Positions 12,126-24,252 of a stretch of 64,000 nucleotides of DNA are shown here, piece after piece. Under the pieces are notes generated by a model. That model ran no database searches. It saw only the letters and a program-made list of their open reading frames with translations, and had not been told where the DNA came from. How positions within the stretch are numbered: the stretch's first letter is position 1; each line of letters begins with the position of its first letter. The position numbers and the translations under genes were made by a program. The DNA comes from Flectonema sp. DT1601. Taxonomy: Eukaryota. Location: contig OZ025798.1 of assembly GCA_964019425.1 (NCBI GenBank), forward strand, positions 806,001 to 870,000, read 5' to 3'.

Positions 12126-12423
12126 TACTTCGTCTCTATATTATTATCATTATTCTAACCTTTTTATTAAATACTGATACTGCAGTGAGCAAATGTTCTG
12201 TTGCGGGAAAAAAAAAAAAAAAAAAAGGAAATCAAGTCCACAAAACTATTGTATTCGCTACATTGACAGTCACGCTTGTGTGTACCAATTCTTTTTGAGT
12301 CATACGCACAGTTTATTTTATTGAATTCATATTCTTGTTTAATTAAAACAACCAATCAATCAAAAGAATCAGCGTGTTATTAATTTTTCCACACCCATAG
12401 GGAGGTTACCCCCCCCCTCAGCA

Positions 12424-13332
12424 ATGAACCACATCATCACAAGAGTGAAGGAACACTTAAAGTACACATCTGTGGTAACTGCTGTAGTAAGTATCGCGGG
12501 ATGGGTATTTATAATAATAGTAGCAAGCTCTAGGTTATCACTGTGGGTTGATAGTGATAAAGGCTGTGGAATTTATGGTTGTAGTGGATGTTGCGCAGTA
12601 CCATATTATGGAACATGTGGGTATTACGATATTGACTACAGCATAACTAGTTCTGATATAAATAGTGATACAACTTGGAGGAGGTCAATGTCTCAGTTCT
12701 GTGAGTCATCAATTTGTGAATCATGCACTAACACTCCCTGTACATCTTTTCGTAGACTTTATAAAGCAACTGGTGTTTTAATGACTATACTTTTAGTCTT
12801 ATCTTCACTTGATGTGTTTAGTCAGCTGATTCAACTATTTCATGGTGATTACTTATCCAGTAAGATAAACGTAGTTACGATAAATAATTTTGGAGTACTA
12901 AGAATTTTTTTAATTATGATATTCTCACTTGCTATCATCATCTGTGTTAGTGTTTTATACGCACATGATTGGGAGTGTGATCAGTCAACTCCATCAGAGT
13001 GTTCTGGACTAAGTGATTGGAATCCTGTTCAGTCGAGACCAGATTGTCAGGTAGATAAGGAACACTCATTGGGATTTGGAGTAATATTATTAGCTGTTTG
13101 TGTATTATTGTATTCGAGTATCTTATATCTAGCTAAGAAGGCGCTTCTGGTATCGCGAGAGGATGCTATCGAACAGTCAAAGAGAGTTAGGCTTCAAGAA
13201 GCCTTACTTCCGGAACCATCACCACTACCTAACTTTTCAACACCTCAAGTCAGACAACAGAGTTATACTAACTATAGCGTAGCAAGTCATTATCCTGGAG
13301 TTATGCATCCTACGGAACCTGTCTTTCGTTGA
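12424..13332 (+). CDS. 4-TM membrane protein with Cys-rich loops (claudin/amastin-like topology); possible readthrough to 13479
   Basis: Four hydrophobic segments and two Cys-rich loops; the Pro/Ser-rich tail continues in frame past the TGA. Confidence 0.75.
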   Translation: MNHIITRVKEHLKYTSVVTAVVSIAGWVFIIIVASSRLSLWVDSDKGCGIYGCSGCCAVPYYGTCGYYDIDYSITSSDINSDTTWRRSMSQFCESSICESCTNTPCTSFRRLYKATGVLMTILLVLSSLDVFSQLIQLFHGDYLSSKINVVTINNFGVLRIFLIMIFSLAIIICVSVLYAHDWECDQSTPSECSGLSDWNPVQSRPDCQVDKEHSLGFGVILLAVCVLLYSSILYLAKKALLVSREDAIEQSKRVRLQEALLPEPSPLPNFSTPQVRQQSYTNYSVASHYPGVMHPTEPVFR

Positions 13333-13771
13333 CTCCCGGCTGCTAAACGTGGTGATGGTTCTCCGCTGATCAGTCCAACGCGACCAAAGTCAGCGATGAC
13401 TCCAAACATTCGCTTTGTTGAATCCCCACAATATGCTGCTCCGTTACCATCGGGTGGTGATGTCGTTTCTGTTGGATGAAAACACATCAGATGCCTGCCT
13501 AACCCTACCAAACAAAAAACATGTTATAGCATTGCTGCAATTAGAGCTATTGATTGGCTACGTTCATTTCTTTCTAAGAAATTTAGAAGACGAGTGTTTT
13601 TTAAACAACCTTAAACACTCGTCCCCCTGTAATAGATTTCTTCGATTGCGGTAGATTTGGTTTTCTCAAAATAGAATTTGTTTCTATGATATAATTTTTA
13701 TCTTTTTGTCAGCTCGGGGTGGGTCGAAGCCAACGGGCAGAAAGTGGCTACACATTTCATAATAGACGAAC

Positions 13772-15507
13772 ATGGCTCATGAGAAAAAAGAGAAGAAAGA
13801 AAAGAAAGAGCACAAACACGAGCATGTGAGTGGAGAAGATGACTCTTGGAGTTTTGATTCCAAGCGCTTTCGAGGTCCAAAAAGGTTTGCATTTCGTTTC
13901 TGTTCTTGCTTTTAATCTTTTCTTTATTGTCTTTTCACATAACAAAAACACAGCAACAAGGACTTCCCTGCAGCACTATTCCACTACGTGAAGAGCGGTC
14001 TACCAAAAGATGTGTCACCTGAAGTTTTAACAGAGACAGCAGTTGACTTATCAGATGAGCGTGTAATGAGGTATTCATATTTACTAATCCCTGTTGCATA
14101 CCTCTCATGGTTATTATAATCAAAACAACAAACAACACACAGATACTATGACATCAACTTTGGCGGCACAGAGTTTGCGATTCCAAAGGAAGACGTCCTC
14201 TCAGGTTGGATTGCCCATCTCCATAAGCGTGCTAAGAAAGATAAGAAGTATGCTTTTATTCTTTTTGACTTGCGGGGATCAGTCTGCATTAAGAATAGCA
14301 AAACAAACTAAACAACAGGAAAAAGCGGCGGGAAAAAAGTGATGAGGCAGGTGCGGCCTCTCCTAAAAGTGAGTCTGACAAGAGTGACAAGAATGGAAAA
14401 GGAAGTCCTCCGAGAGAGGAGGAGAGTCCACCGAAGGAGCAGCTGCCGGTGAGATCAAAAAGTGGAAGTAGTTTAAAGAAAAGTAGTTTTGTAAAACAAG
14501 ATGTTGGTCCTGTTAGATTAGCACCTGCAGCAGTAGCAATAGCTAACGGACATATCTCTCATATGTCTGCTCATTCACTAGACTTTGAGCTTTCAGAATC
14601 AGTTGTATCACAAAGACGATCAACAATACTTGATGCTGCTGATAATGAATTAGTTGAAACAGGTTCTCTATCTTCAAGAGACTCAAAGGAAAGTTCTCTT
14701 CATAGGATTGCTTCAAGTAATGCGACAAGTCAGAATCAGAGTTTTAAATTACAACCTATCGCTAGTGGTTCTGCATGGGGGGGTTCTTTAGGAGAGAAAT
14801 CTCCGCTGTCGTCTGCTCCTCCCACTCCGATTTTTAAGGAAAACACGAGTTCCGCACCACCAACACCTACCACAGCTCCTCACAAAGAAATGCATGCAGC
14901 AAAGGGTGTGACAGGTTCGGGTCCTGGTGTCAGGGCACCAGCTGGGAGGGGTGCAGCACCACCTAAACCCCCGACTATTATAAAGGAAACTAGTGCTGCT
15001 ATTGTTATTGAACACACGGTTAAGAAATCTCAAAAAGAAGCGAAGGACGTTATTTCACTCTTCAGCCACCAACGAATCCTCACAAGCGGATGCCAAGCTT
15101 TATCGTTTGAGGACAGAACATTCAGATGTCATTACGACCTACAAGTTCTAAGCAATATGAGTTCTATACGTGTAACCTTCTACTCGGCTGGTTTATTTGT
15201 ATATTCAGCTAGCTCAGTTATAGACCTAAGTGGGAAAGCAATAGCGTCGTTGTACTGGACTTTTGGTAGGCCTTCTGAGACACTTCCTGATGATGTGCTT
15301 CGTAGTCTTGAGTCGTATGATTTTTGGACAACGGAAGCACTTGCTTCTGATCATCACATGCTGCACCTTTTAGTGGGCAGTAAGTCTGATAAGGTAACAG
15401 TCTTATTCTCAAAAGGATATATTGGTTCATACTCTTGCTATATTTCTGGAAAGAAATGCCACACTTATGAAATACTAACGCCTAAACACGTGTATCAAAA
15501 ACGCTGA
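13772..15507 (+). CDS. hypothetical protein; exons 13772-13884, 13954-14070, 14143-14247, 14319-15507
   Basis: MAHEKKEKKE... joins through three phase-compatible GT-AG introns into ORF 14449-15507. A pyrimidine-tract AG lies upstream at 13712. Confidence 0.75.
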
Positions 15508-16021
15508 AAAAAAAAGAAAAAATAATAATAAATAGATTTATATTTCTTCCCATACACTTCATCTGTTTCTTATCTCGGTAAAGAAGTGAATGATTTTTGT
15601 TGTCCTTCGATTTTGTTTCTTATGTTGAGTTTTTAAGGCATTTTTTTTTGTTGTGCAAGAGTAGTAAGAAGTGCTTGTTTATTTTAGAATAAAAGAAAAA
15701 CAAAGAAGGAAAAAAAAAAAAAAAAAAAAAAAAAAATTAGATATGATTATCGTTGAGAAATAGTTTTTATTGTAAGTCTGTCCCGCCTTTTTTTTCTCTT
15801 TTCCCTCTCTATTTTTTTTCTTTTTTTTCTTTTTTTTTACTTCCTATTGTTAAAAAAATAGAACAACGATTCTTGTCCCTACCCACCTGCAACAAATGAT
15901 ATTGATATCTATCTGGGGGGTTACTTCTTTGATAATCTCGTAAGTTAGGTTCTGCGACAGCAAAATTGCTGTGAGTGTGGTAACAGACTCCAGAGCTTCG
16001 TCCGCCTTTTTTTTTTTTTTT

Positions 16022-16085
<64 letters not shown>
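16022..16085. repeat. (TTG)n microsatellite, about 21 units
   Basis: Perfect gtt/ttg tandem run following a poly-T tract. Confidence 0.95.
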
Positions 16086-16618
16086 CGCTTCTGTCCTGTT
16101 TTATATTGTTTTGAGTGAGCAGGGTTGGTTATTTTTTTCTTCATTTTCTTGCCGGATTTGATTTTTTCTTTGAGTTTTGGTGAGTACAATTTTAGACGTG
16201 TTGCGTGTCGCACGGAAAAAAATAATAAAATGTTCTCGTTTTTTTTTCCCCCAATCCTTTATTGCAAATTAATAACGCAAAAAGGGGAAACGAAATGGAA
16301 AAATTAAAAAAAAAAATAGAAAAGAGAGTAGTGTCGGGATGACGTTCTATCCAGTAAGGCAAGACACCTACGGCGCTTGTTCCTACGAGTTTCTTGTCCT
16401 TTTGCAGTGTCTAATGTGACAGCATTTTGTTCAGTTGCTGAGACAGTCCTAACAACCGGCTTGGAAAATTTTGAAATTCGTTTCCTTTCCTTTTCACCAG
16501 CATCTACATGAATTATTTTATATATAAAGTAGTTGTCTGACAATTGTTGCAGGGTAAGGTGTGTTGAAAAAAATTCTTTTATCTTTTTTTTAAAAAGGGG
16601 GGGAAAAAAAAAAAAAAT

Positions 16619-17368
16619 ATGGAAGCTGTGAAGAGAAAGTGGGGACAGAAAGAAGAAGAAGACAATCGCGACAATATACATGATGATAAGGTTAGTGATT
16701 TGATAAGGCTTCTTAAGGATGTTGGTTGGAAAGCTATCCTTCATAAAGAATCAAAGAAATGGTATTTCAAAGAATTGGAACGTTTCGTAGCAGCAGAACG
16801 AGATCAGGCAACAGTAATACCTGAAAGTAAGAAAGTCTTCCACGCTTTTGACGTAACTCCCCTTAGGAAGGTAAAGGTTGTAATTATTGGTCAATTCCCT
16901 GGCTCAAAAGGAATGTGTTTTATGGATGATTACCAAACAGAAACTACAACACTACTACTCGAAGAACTCAATAGAGATATTCCTTTAGAAGAAAAACGAA
17001 AGCATTCACCATCACCCAGTACTTACATAGATTCATGGGCAAAACAAGGAGTGCTATTCTTATCATCATCCTTAACAGGAAGGGAACAGGACCCAACTGC
17101 TCATGAGAAGTGTGGTTGGCAATTATTTACAGACTCAATTCTTATGACTATTAATGCACAAAAGAGACCGGTGGTGTTCATGTTGTGGGGTGGGTTTGCT
17201 TCTAAGAAAGCGAATCTTATTGATAATTGCCTTCATTCAAAGGTTTGCTCACCGTTTCCATCTAAACTAACTCGAAAAAAATGGCTTGGATCGAAACCGT
17301 TTTCTAAGTGTAATAGCTTACTGAAATCACATGGACGTAGGGAAATAAACTGGCGCTCAGTCGGGTAG
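16619..17368 (+). CDS. family-1 uracil-DNA glycosylase homolog with substituted catalytic motifs
   Basis: W..IL..E..K.YFKEL..FV..ER, VKVVIIGQ, WAKQGVLFL, H...GWQLFTD, VVFMLWG and KPFSKCN...INW match the UNG fold. Confidence 0.85.
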   Translation: MEAVKRKWGQKEEEDNRDNIHDDKVSDLIRLLKDVGWKAILHKESKKWYFKELERFVAAERDQATVIPESKKVFHAFDVTPLRKVKVVIIGQFPGSKGMCFMDDYQTETTTLLLEELNRDIPLEEKRKHSPSPSTYIDSWAKQGVLFLSSSLTGREQDPTAHEKCGWQLFTDSILMTINAQKRPVVFMLWGGFASKKANLIDNCLHSKVCSPFPSKLTRKKWLGSKPFSKCNSLLKSHGRREINWRSVG

Positions 17369-18186
17369 TGTTCCTCATATTTAAGAGGGTCGTAACAATG
17401 TGAAATACTCCGTTCGTTCTATTCTTTTTTAAAATTATTATTATTTTTTTTTCCTTTTTTTTTTTTTTTTTTTTTTGTTTGACCAATCTATAGTCTTTCA
17501 CAGGTTGATTGACTGCTTAAGATGTGCTGCCATTAATTGGCAGAAATAAATTGCGGAAGTTTTTTGATTCTTCCAGAAGCAAGGCATCCATTGCCAACAA
17601 CAGAGAATGAGGACAAGAGACTGAAATCAAACATGAGATTCTGTTCCATTTTTTTCTCCTTATCGTTATATGATTATTTTATTTTTCGTTCTCTTGGCTG
17701 TTTATTTTCCTTTTGATCCTCATAGCTTGTTGTGCAAAAAATGATACCTTGAAAAGTAAAAAAACGGACCAACATTTTGGTACAGATTGAGTGCACAATG
17801 CTGCACTGCTTATGCTTATCTGTTGACCTCAGTGTCTCTTTGTAAGAATATATTTTAGTACTAAGTTTGACGCTTCTGTTTTCCTGAAAATTAAAATGGA
17901 ATGGAATGGAAAAAAAAAAAAAAAGAAAAAAAACACACAGACAAAACCTATCTGCAAAAAATCGTGGCCTCTTTTAAGTACCCACGAGAGCCTTACTTTT
18001 TTATACGAACTAGCTTGCTGATTATTTATTTATTTATTCTTGTCGTTATTTTTAGAACATCTTTTTTATATTCAGCAACCCCACAATGTAGTCCAGCACT
18101 CAATTGACATCTTCGTTTTAGCAGCCCTCTTGAGGTAGTTGATTTAGTTTTTCATCAGAAGCAGAAGTAAAAAAAAAAAAAAAAAA

Positions 18187-20106
18187 ATGACGACAGTAGC
18201 TATGGAAAATGCGCAGTTTGAAAAATGCGCAGTCGCAGCAAAGTATGAGTATTTTAGCAAATTGGAGAAAATAAAAATAGGTACATGGCAACTTGATGAA
18301 GCAGAGGTTCCTATTTCAGCGATTACGGGTATGTCCAATTCAACAGACGGAAAGAGTGATAAAAGCATAGAACTCAGTATGGAATCTCTCTCCGGATCAC
18401 CAAAGCCATCAGTCTTCGAAACGGTTATAATGGGTACTCTAAAATGTCATAACACAATAGAAAATTACAAAGCGGTCAACTGGACAGAAGTCCTCCATAC
18501 CGAAGGCGATAAGAAATGGCAACTAATTAAGTCTGGTGAATGGCTTGAGGATCCAAATGCTCTATTTAGTTTTAAAATTGAATGTTTCGCTGATATAAAA
18601 GTACACAAATTTTATTGGAAAGTCTGTAATCCGATGTTGTTCCCGACGTCACTGGTACAGCGAAACGGAGATATAAAAAAAGCGACTTCACTACTGACTA
18701 TGGAGGAGGGAGAGAAATTAGAAAAAAGAGATTTAAAATGTCCGGTATTCGCAATGAAAGAAGGGAATCCAATCATGTTATCAGAACTAAACCCGACAGA
18801 CTCTACTGACATCTCCTTAGGTAAGATTTTAATTGTAGTTTATGACCCTTGTAGTAGTAGCACTCGTCAAGGTTGGACAGTAAGAAACGTTATATTCGCT
18901 CTTTGTTATCATTTTAAAATAAAAACCGTCTCAATCCTTGGACTGAGGAGTATTCTATCAAGTTCTCTAGTTCTCAACTATCATTGTCAAATACCTGATG
19001 AGCCGGAAGCAACATGGATTCGAATGGCTGGATCTCTTCAACAACAAGAAACAGACTTATCTAGATTTATGGATGATAAACTTTTAGCTGAGGAAAGCGC
19101 AAAGTTAAACTTAAGTCTTATGAAATGGAGAATGGTTCCTGATCTTCCTTTAGATTCAATCGCAAAGAAGAAATGTCTTCTTGTTGGATCCGGTACTCTT
19201 GGTTGTGGTGTTGCTCGTAACTTAATGAAATGGGGAATATTCGACATCACATTTATCGACAGAGGGATTGTTTCATTTAGTAATCCTGTGAGACAAAACC
19301 TCTTCACTCATGCTGATGCTGTTGCGAGAACCAACAAAGCCGTGGCAGCTGCAGCTGCCTGCAAACTGATCTACCCTTTAGCGAAGACTAAAGCGGTAGA
19401 CATGGCAGTTCCAATGCCTGGCCACCCAGTTAGCGATAAACAAAAAGATGAAATTGCTGAAAATATCGACAAGTTCGATCGCCTTGTAGCACAACACGAT
19501 GCTGTCTTTCTGCTTACAGACAGCAGAGAAGCTCGGTGGTTGCCAACGATGGTTGCAACACGACATAATAAGATAGCTATTAATTCCGCACTTGGTTTTG
19601 ATAATTATGTTGCAATGCGTCATGGGAGTACAGCCAAACACCCAAATAACAACAACCGCGTCAGTTGCTACTTCTGTCAAGATATAACAGAGCCAACAGA
19701 TACTCTTAAGGATCGTACTCTAGACCAGCAATGCACTGTAACAAGACCAGGTATTAGTGATATCGCTGCGGCTAATGCTGTTGAACTTTTTATTTCAACC
19801 ATCACTCATCATCATGGTTATGAAGCAAATCAAGCTGAGTCTGGCATGCTTGGATCTTGTCCTCATCAAGTTCGTGGAAGTATGCAGGACTTTGTTCAGC
19901 GACCAATATACGGAATGAATTATGATGCCTGTATTGGTTGTTCACCAAAAATAATATCAGAATATGAAAAAAGAGGATCAGAATTCGTTATCGAAGTTCT
20001 ACGCGACCCGACCGTACTTCCCAAACTGACGGGTCTCCAAGAGTCTCTCGATGCTGTGAGAGACGCAGATTTTGAAATGCCCTCAGACTGCAGTGAGGAA
20101 GACTAA
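18187..20106 (+). CDS. ATG7: ubiquitin-like modifier-activating enzyme ATG7
   Basis: LNLSLMKWRMVPDL, GSGTLGCGVAR, VSFSNPVRQ, LTDSREARWLP, CYFC, DRTLDQQCTVTRPG (catalytic Cys), PHQVRG. Confidence 0.95.
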   Translation: MTTVAMENAQFEKCAVAAKYEYFSKLEKIKIGTWQLDEAEVPISAITGMSNSTDGKSDKSIELSMESLSGSPKPSVFETVIMGTLKCHNTIENYKAVNWTEVLHTEGDKKWQLIKSGEWLEDPNALFSFKIECFADIKVHKFYWKVCNPMLFPTSLVQRNGDIKKATSLLTMEEGEKLEKRDLKCPVFAMKEGNPIMLSELNPTDSTDISLGKILIVVYDPCSSSTRQGWTVRNVIFALCYHFKIKTVSILGLRSILSSSLVLNYHCQIPDEPEATWIRMAGSLQQQETDLSRFMDDKLLAEESAKLNLSLMKWRMVPDLPLDSIAKKKCLLVGSGTLGCGVARNLMKWGIFDITFIDRGIVSFSNPVRQNLFTHADAVARTNKAVAAAAACKLIYPLAKTKAVDMAVPMPGHPVSDKQKDEIAENIDKFDRLVAQHDAVFLLTDSREARWLPTMVATRHNKIAINSALGFDNYVAMRHGSTAKHPNNNNRVSCYFCQDITEPTDTLKDRTLDQQCTVTRPGISDIAAANAVELFISTITHHHGYEANQAESGMLGSCPHQVRGSMQDFVQRPIYGMNYDACIGCSPKIISEYEKRGSEFVIEVLRDPTVLPKLTGLQESLDAVRDADFEMPSDCSEED

Positions 20107-21095
20107 ACCTAACAACCGTGTTTCATGGTAATAACATCATTATAAAAAAAAATAAATAAAAGCTTCGTGCTTTTTTATGTAAATACACTAACCCGCCCGC
20201 AATGATGTTCTTTACTAATAAAAAAAGGGGAGACGCTCTCTTTCTTCGCTCAATATGATTTAGGTGATACTTTATTGCCAATGAGATATTTCCTTTTTGT
20301 AATCCCCCAGAGTTCCATTTTTCTTCCCCCTTGTAATTTTCTTTTTGCGAATTTTGGTGCGTGGAGTTATTATTGTTTTCACGTTGTCAAAGGTCCGTCG
20401 CAATTATGACCTTAAACTAACTGTCATCTTACCTCGATCCTTTTATTTTCGTTTCTTGCTGAGTTATATGGCTGTGTGCTGCCTAATTTTTATAAAGCTT
20501 GTCGGTAAGCCCACAGTACAATAATACTGCTTTGGACAACTGGGGGGTGAACGATCCTTGGTACTGTTCCTTTCTTTTGATGATTCCGATTTGTCAAAAA
20601 ACTGAAATGAATACTCCAGAACTTACTGATGAGGTCCCTAAGATGGACAAGTAGTATAAGTTTGTGGCTTCTGAAACTGCGTATTCTACAAGTGTTTTAT
20701 GGAACAGCAGAGCAATGTGTTTTTATAACTTTTTTTTAATTTTTTTTATATTTTCAAGGGCGAAACTCTATTCCCAGGCAAACTGATGCCGAAAGTGCCA
20801 ATTGGGGCCTTTCATCAGTTTGGGAATAGAGCTTTGCCCATATTTTAAATTAGTGCACTTTTTTATTTGAACTTGTATTCTAACTTGTTATTTTTTAATT
20901 TCGTTTTCCTCTAAGTAGTGTTCTCGCACTTTGGTTAATAATTTCTTGTTAAAGGGAAGATGAGATAACAATTATTATTCACCCTTCCCCTTGTTTTTAA
21001 TACCCCAAAGTTGTTACTGTTTTTACATTGTCAAAGTTTCACCCTCTTTTTCTTTTTCAGACTTTCCCTTTCCAGTCGGAAAGGGGTCGTTCAGA

Positions 21096-22247
21096 ATGCC
21101 GGTGTTGCATCCGAATAGCAGGGTTTTGCAGGTACCACGAGGAGAGACACCCCGTGAGAGGACTGGTGTTAGAAAATATGGAGCTCCTTGTAGTGAAAGT
21201 GGAATGAAGATTACAAGTGCAGGACTAACTCATATAAGTGATCACAGTAATCGTTATGTAAGAAGTAAGAGTGCTGTTCAAACCAATCGAAGATCAATAA
21301 ACGGCATGTCATTCTCAGGAGGTGAAAGAGAAGAAGACATTTCAAGAAGATGTCGTCGATCGGTTGAAGGTCGCAATAATAACATCACATCCTCTAATGA
21401 AGAAATATTCGTTCCTCAAAAGAGGTGTTACCCAACTCGATCGATAAGTCTTCCCAAAGTATCACCTTACGAATTGTCAAGACAACAACATCCAAATAAA
21501 TACTTCGACAACGTTAAACAACTACAAGAAGACTTATACAGCTCTAGAGACAGTTGCTGTGGTAGTGTCAGTACTTATGATGATTTGGGGAGACACAAGC
21601 CACAGCTGAGACAATTTAATATCAAGTCAACGATTACTACTGAGATGCAACAACCTAAACCTCAACTACCTCATAGAAGTACTAGAAAGGCTAGTAATTT
21701 ATCATTACTACACTACAATGAAGACCCTGTAGAACAAATCGTATCATCACCAGTCAGATCTATAAGTGTCTCGAGTAAGAATCCTATCTTACAAGATGAT
21801 TGGAGTGATGAAGATGATGATGATCGTCCAGTATCGAGAAGAGGGAGAAGTATCACGCAAGACTACGAACCACCAACATGGATGAGAGAAGGCACTGCTT
21901 ACAATAATCCAATGGGGGCGGGTAGTCGGAAAAAGAAGGTTGTCGCGGAAGAGTTTGTTCCATACCACCCACCTGAGCAACGGATCCGTCAAAATAGATC
22001 GAAGTCAGCTCGTCCACAGCCGTGGTTGCAGTCGGCTGGTATTCAGTCTGCTTTTGAAGCGACAGCTGATCAATATATTCAGAGTCCTGTTCATGTTGCT
22101 CGACGTCGGAGTTATTCAGTTTTAAATAAAAAAATAAATTCTTATTCTCAATCACAACCATCTCCAGAACATCGACCCCGAACTGCAAAGCGACTCGCAC
22201 ATCCATTAGGGGGACCTCCGTCATTCGCTTCTTTCGCGGGTTGGTAG
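21096..22247 (+). CDS. hypothetical Ser/Arg/Pro-rich protein (ATG at 21096)
   Basis: Long ORF; the first ATG follows pyrimidine-tract AGs at about 21060 and 21075. Confidence 0.7.
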   Translation: MPVLHPNSRVLQVPRGETPRERTGVRKYGAPCSESGMKITSAGLTHISDHSNRYVRSKSAVQTNRRSINGMSFSGGEREEDISRRCRRSVEGRNNNITSSNEEIFVPQKRCYPTRSISLPKVSPYELSRQQHPNKYFDNVKQLQEDLYSSRDSCCGSVSTYDDLGRHKPQLRQFNIKSTITTEMQQPKPQLPHRSTRKASNLSLLHYNEDPVEQIVSSPVRSISVSSKNPILQDDWSDEDDDDRPVSRRGRSITQDYEPPTWMREGTAYNNPMGAGSRKKKVVAEEFVPYHPPEQRIRQNRSKSARPQPWLQSAGIQSAFEATADQYIQSPVHVARRRSYSVLNKKINSYSQSQPSPEHRPRTAKRLAHPLGGPPSFASFAGW

Positions 22248-22559
22248 TACTCCCACCACCCGTTGGTGATTACCAACCAGCATCTCTTCTTCTAGCTTTG
22301 TACTGATCCACGATGGGATAATCCCGTTATTAATAAATATTGTAATTAGGCTCTGAAAATGATCCTCAGAGCTTTGTGTATCAAAGAAGAACATTCGGTA
22401 TTCTATTCTTAGTAGAAAAAGTGTTTGTTCCTTCAGTCCCCTGTTTCTTTCATTTTATTGTACATTTCATTTGGTTTTTTTGTAGTGGTGTTTATTTTTA
22501 ATTTTTTTTAAATTTTTAAATTATTTTTTCAAAAGAAATATTTCAAAACAAACAACAAA

Positions 22560-23003
22560 ATGTGGAGAATAGCAAGAAGAAACACATTCAGCAGGTGGTG
22601 CACTACAAAGGCAAGCACCTTATCAGTTAAAGAGAGAGGGTTCAAACGTGAAGAAAAAGAATGGGAAGAAGTAGATGCGACAATCGACATGAGGCCACCA
22701 CTAGCAGAAGAACATTTTGAAGTCAATGTTGAGATAGCAAGGAAGAGATTAATGTACCAATCAAGCAAGAGAGGTATGTTAGAGATGGATGCTATCTTAG
22801 GTAAGTACGCAAGTGAAAACATCCTAAACTGGGATATGAACCAGCTGAAAGAATGGCATAACATACTTAGAGAATACGACATCAATCTTTATGCTTGGTT
22901 AGTCAAAAAGAGTGATTTAGACGGACTTCCTGAAAATCTAAAAAACTCATCCCTCTACACTGATCTAACATTATATGTCAATGAGCGTTACTCTTTTGAG
23001 TGA
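22560..23003 (+). CDS. SDHAF2: succinate dehydrogenase assembly factor 2 (Sdh5, flavinator)
   Basis: RKRLMYQSSKRGMLEMDAILG (RGxxE motif), D..LYAWL, and an Arg-rich mitochondrial-type presequence. Confidence 0.92.
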   Translation: MWRIARRNTFSRWCTTKASTLSVKERGFKREEKEWEEVDATIDMRPPLAEEHFEVNVEIARKRLMYQSSKRGMLEMDAILGKYASENILNWDMNQLKEWHNILREYDINLYAWLVKKSDLDGLPENLKNSSLYTDLTLYVNERYSFE

Positions 23004-23711
23004 TTTATTTTTTTTTAAAAAAAAATAATAAAAGAGTGGGTCCTGAGAGTTAGTTTGCGAATTTTATATGAATTTCTGTTTTTTTTCACCCTACTTCACC
23101 CAACAGATGAACAGATTTATAATAATAAAATAAAACATTATGGGAGCTGATATCTACCTCGCTGTGGGAATTCCTTGTGGATGTTATTGTGTTTTTGTTG
23201 TCTGTTTGATAACAGCAGTAGTCAATGAGTGGGTTTAAGGCAACTAACGCAGAGAACGGCAAGTAGATTGCAGTACGATTTTATATTTCTTTTTGAAGTC
23301 GTTGGTTCCATCAAATTGATGTATGCAGGCGTTGCTTGATCCACCTTCACTGAATACTAAAATAACAAAACTGTAAGCTATCTGTTGTCATTGATGATAT
23401 ACGTATTACACTAACGTATGTCACGTTGTGGTAGTCACGATCGATTTCATGCCCCCCCTTTTTGCCTTCCATCTCTGCTATTTGATTACACAAATAAAAG
23501 TCTTGAATTACACCGAATAGAGATTCCTTATTATTTTTTTTTTTTTTTTTTCACTTTTGCGTTCCTAGGAGTAATAATTTGCTAAAGAACGTACGTGTTT
23601 GAGTAATGTGTTTGTTTTTATGAAACATTTTTATTGTGAGATCTAAATTTCGAGTTCTATTTTTCTTTTTTCTCCTACTTTACTTAGGTAACTCTCTAAA
23701 TAAAAAAAACA

Positions 23712-24137
23712 ATGTCTCACTTTTTACTAAAAGTGATTATATCTTTAATGACAATTGTGTTTTCAGCTGAAGCCCTTTCAGCCAGATGGACACAACACGA
23801 TGTTCCAAAGGGAGGATTTTCAAAAAGGGGGCGAGAAGAAGCAGCAAGAAAGGAAGGTAGAAAATACTCAGATCCCTATGAAAACTCTGGAGGTGGATAT
23901 GGCAACGTAGCAGTTGATCCAAGGGTATCTTACTTGTTTATGGCTGTTGCGTTTATAGCTTACCTATTCATGAGTGGATGGTTAATAGAGATAGAAGTTC
24001 GCATCAGAAGTTTTTTCGAACACCGTCGAAGACAACAGCATCGGTCATCAGCTAGACCAGCAACTTCACAATCATCTACACCTGTTATTGACGAGTCCCT
24101 TCGTCGGGCACGTATAGCCAGGTTCGCTGCTGACTAA
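23712..24137 (+). CDS. small single-pass membrane protein with signal peptide
   Basis: Hydrophobic N-terminus, one TM (VSYLFMAVAFIAYLFMSGWLI), C-terminal ESLRRARIARF. Confidence 0.7.
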   Translation: MSHFLLKVIISLMTIVFSAEALSARWTQHDVPKGGFSKRGREEAARKEGRKYSDPYENSGGGYGNVAVDPRVSYLFMAVAFIAYLFMSGWLIEIEVRIRSFFEHRRRQQHRSSARPATSQSSTPVIDESLRRARIARFAAD

Positions 24138-24252
24138 GTTGACGGCAAGTGAGACTTTCTTTCATAACTTTCCGTATTATATAATTGGTGTTTTATGTTA
24201 AATTGTATTTATGATGTTAATCAGAAATATTTCTTCCTTTCAGATATCTAAG

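Noticed and set aside
13330..13332. Global TGA reassignment or selenocysteine
   Set aside because: TGA, TAA and TAG all end other genes normally, Trp is encoded by TGG, and the context is not a redox motif.
20575..20635. Possible box C/D snoRNA (TGATGA...CTGA)
   Set aside because: Too short, with no terminal stem or identifiable rRNA guide; such motifs arise by chance in AT-rich DNA.
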